Part shown: positions 63,011-64,000 of the stretch, one piece after another
Position numbering within the stretch: position 1 is the first letter of the stretch
Layout of the letters: every line of letters starts with the position of its first letter
NCBI GenBank assembly: GCA_002633005.1
Contig: NMRA01000618.1
Span: 181,312 to 245,311 of the forward strand
Direction of reading: 5' to 3'
Length of the DNA stretch: 64,000 nucleotides
Origin: Phoronis australis
Lineage: Eukaryota; Animalia; Phoronida
The notes under the pieces: generated by a model
The model's input: only the letters and a program-made list of their open reading frames with translations
What the model was told of the DNA's origin: nothing
Database searches by the model: none
Made by a program: the position numbers and the translations under genes

Positions 63011-64000
63011 TTGAAGGCCTATGGTCCGAGTTATAGAAGAAAAAAACTCTTAACTCCGTTTAAGCCGGTTTTTTGATGTGACATGGAGTTCAAAAAGTTA
63101 TTAACTTTCACCTTGTGCAAAAATTTTGAAAAAAATCGTTGTAAATACTACAAACGAATTTGGTATCCGGGATGCTAAACAGATTATAAACATTACAACA
63201 ACGCATGTGCAGTCACAGATCTAGAGGTCAACAGAACTTATTACAAAACAAATGGCGGAGACTACTAGGTCTATGTAGTGTACGTCCGATGGCGAAACGC
63301 AGTCGTCCTGCTCTACGAGATTCAGAAAAAGATGTGTTAGCCAGTACAAAAAGCGGCATTACCAACAAACCGTGTACCTGTAAGCTACGCGTTCGATAGG
63401 TGAGAAACAATGAGGACAAGACTGAATGTTCGAACTCGTGAAGGTTTTACATTACAACAAATGAACAATACTAGGCTTTCAATGGACAAGTATAAGTCAG
63501 TAAGTGTGCTGTTTATGAAATGTTCAATGACTCGTATACACGGTTAAAGCATTCACTGATGGGTGACTGACCTCAGTCAGCATACATGTACATCGGACTC
63601 GAATCATTTTGAAGAGCCTCAATTCGATCAGCTGTTCAGTTTTTGTTCTAATACTACTAGTAGTAGTACTGATTCACGCTGACCCGGACTAGTTACACCA
63701 TGTTAGCGTTTTAACATGTAGTTAAAACTGGTAAGGCCCTTTCATTCTGACGTCGGCATGGCGATGTTTTTGTGGAGTTGCAGTTAGTATGGAGGGTTAA
63801 CTTCGGTCCTGAATCGAACTTAACTGTGCCAGGTGACTTCACAGTAGACAAGCGGAGAGTCGATGCTGTGGTGTAACTTCGGTTACATCGAAGAAGTTAT
63901 TGTCAGGGGCCACTGCTATCATCGACAATGGGGCTATTCGGAAAATCTACAATAACTAGAGGGCGTGCGTGTACTAGTGGTGATAGATTAACAGCCTCGA

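Overview
Eukaryotic (metazoan, probably marine-invertebrate) genomic DNA: AT-rich, intron-containing and very rich in transposon remnants, with three N-gaps and one single-N join. All host genes I can support are on the minus strand. They are the 5' end of a RIPK-like TKL kinase carrying an in-frame TGA (1-1563), a complete 5-exon ENPP4/5/6-type ecto-phosphodiesterase with a Ser nucleophile (15903-21891), a probable secreted coiled-coil protein (43144-43777, 3' end unresolved) and a DUF229 alkaline-phosphatase-fold membrane protein (50287-52373). Mobile DNA comprises a near-complete BEL/Pao LTR element (24341-30827), L1/Tx1 and RTE-X/CR1-group LINE fossils, two Academ-type elements (one with an XPG/FEN1-like nuclease), an ISL2EU-like element, and three internally deleted Kolobok-type elements. 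Each Kolobok carries convergent THAP and KolX/P2X7-ballast-like remnants. There are also many MITEs and a ~1 kb palindrome. The most unusual signal is a compact module at ~58780-59040 that fuses a tRNA-derived Pol III promoter to a Penelope-type minimal hammerhead ribozyme. All calls are by eye, without database searches.
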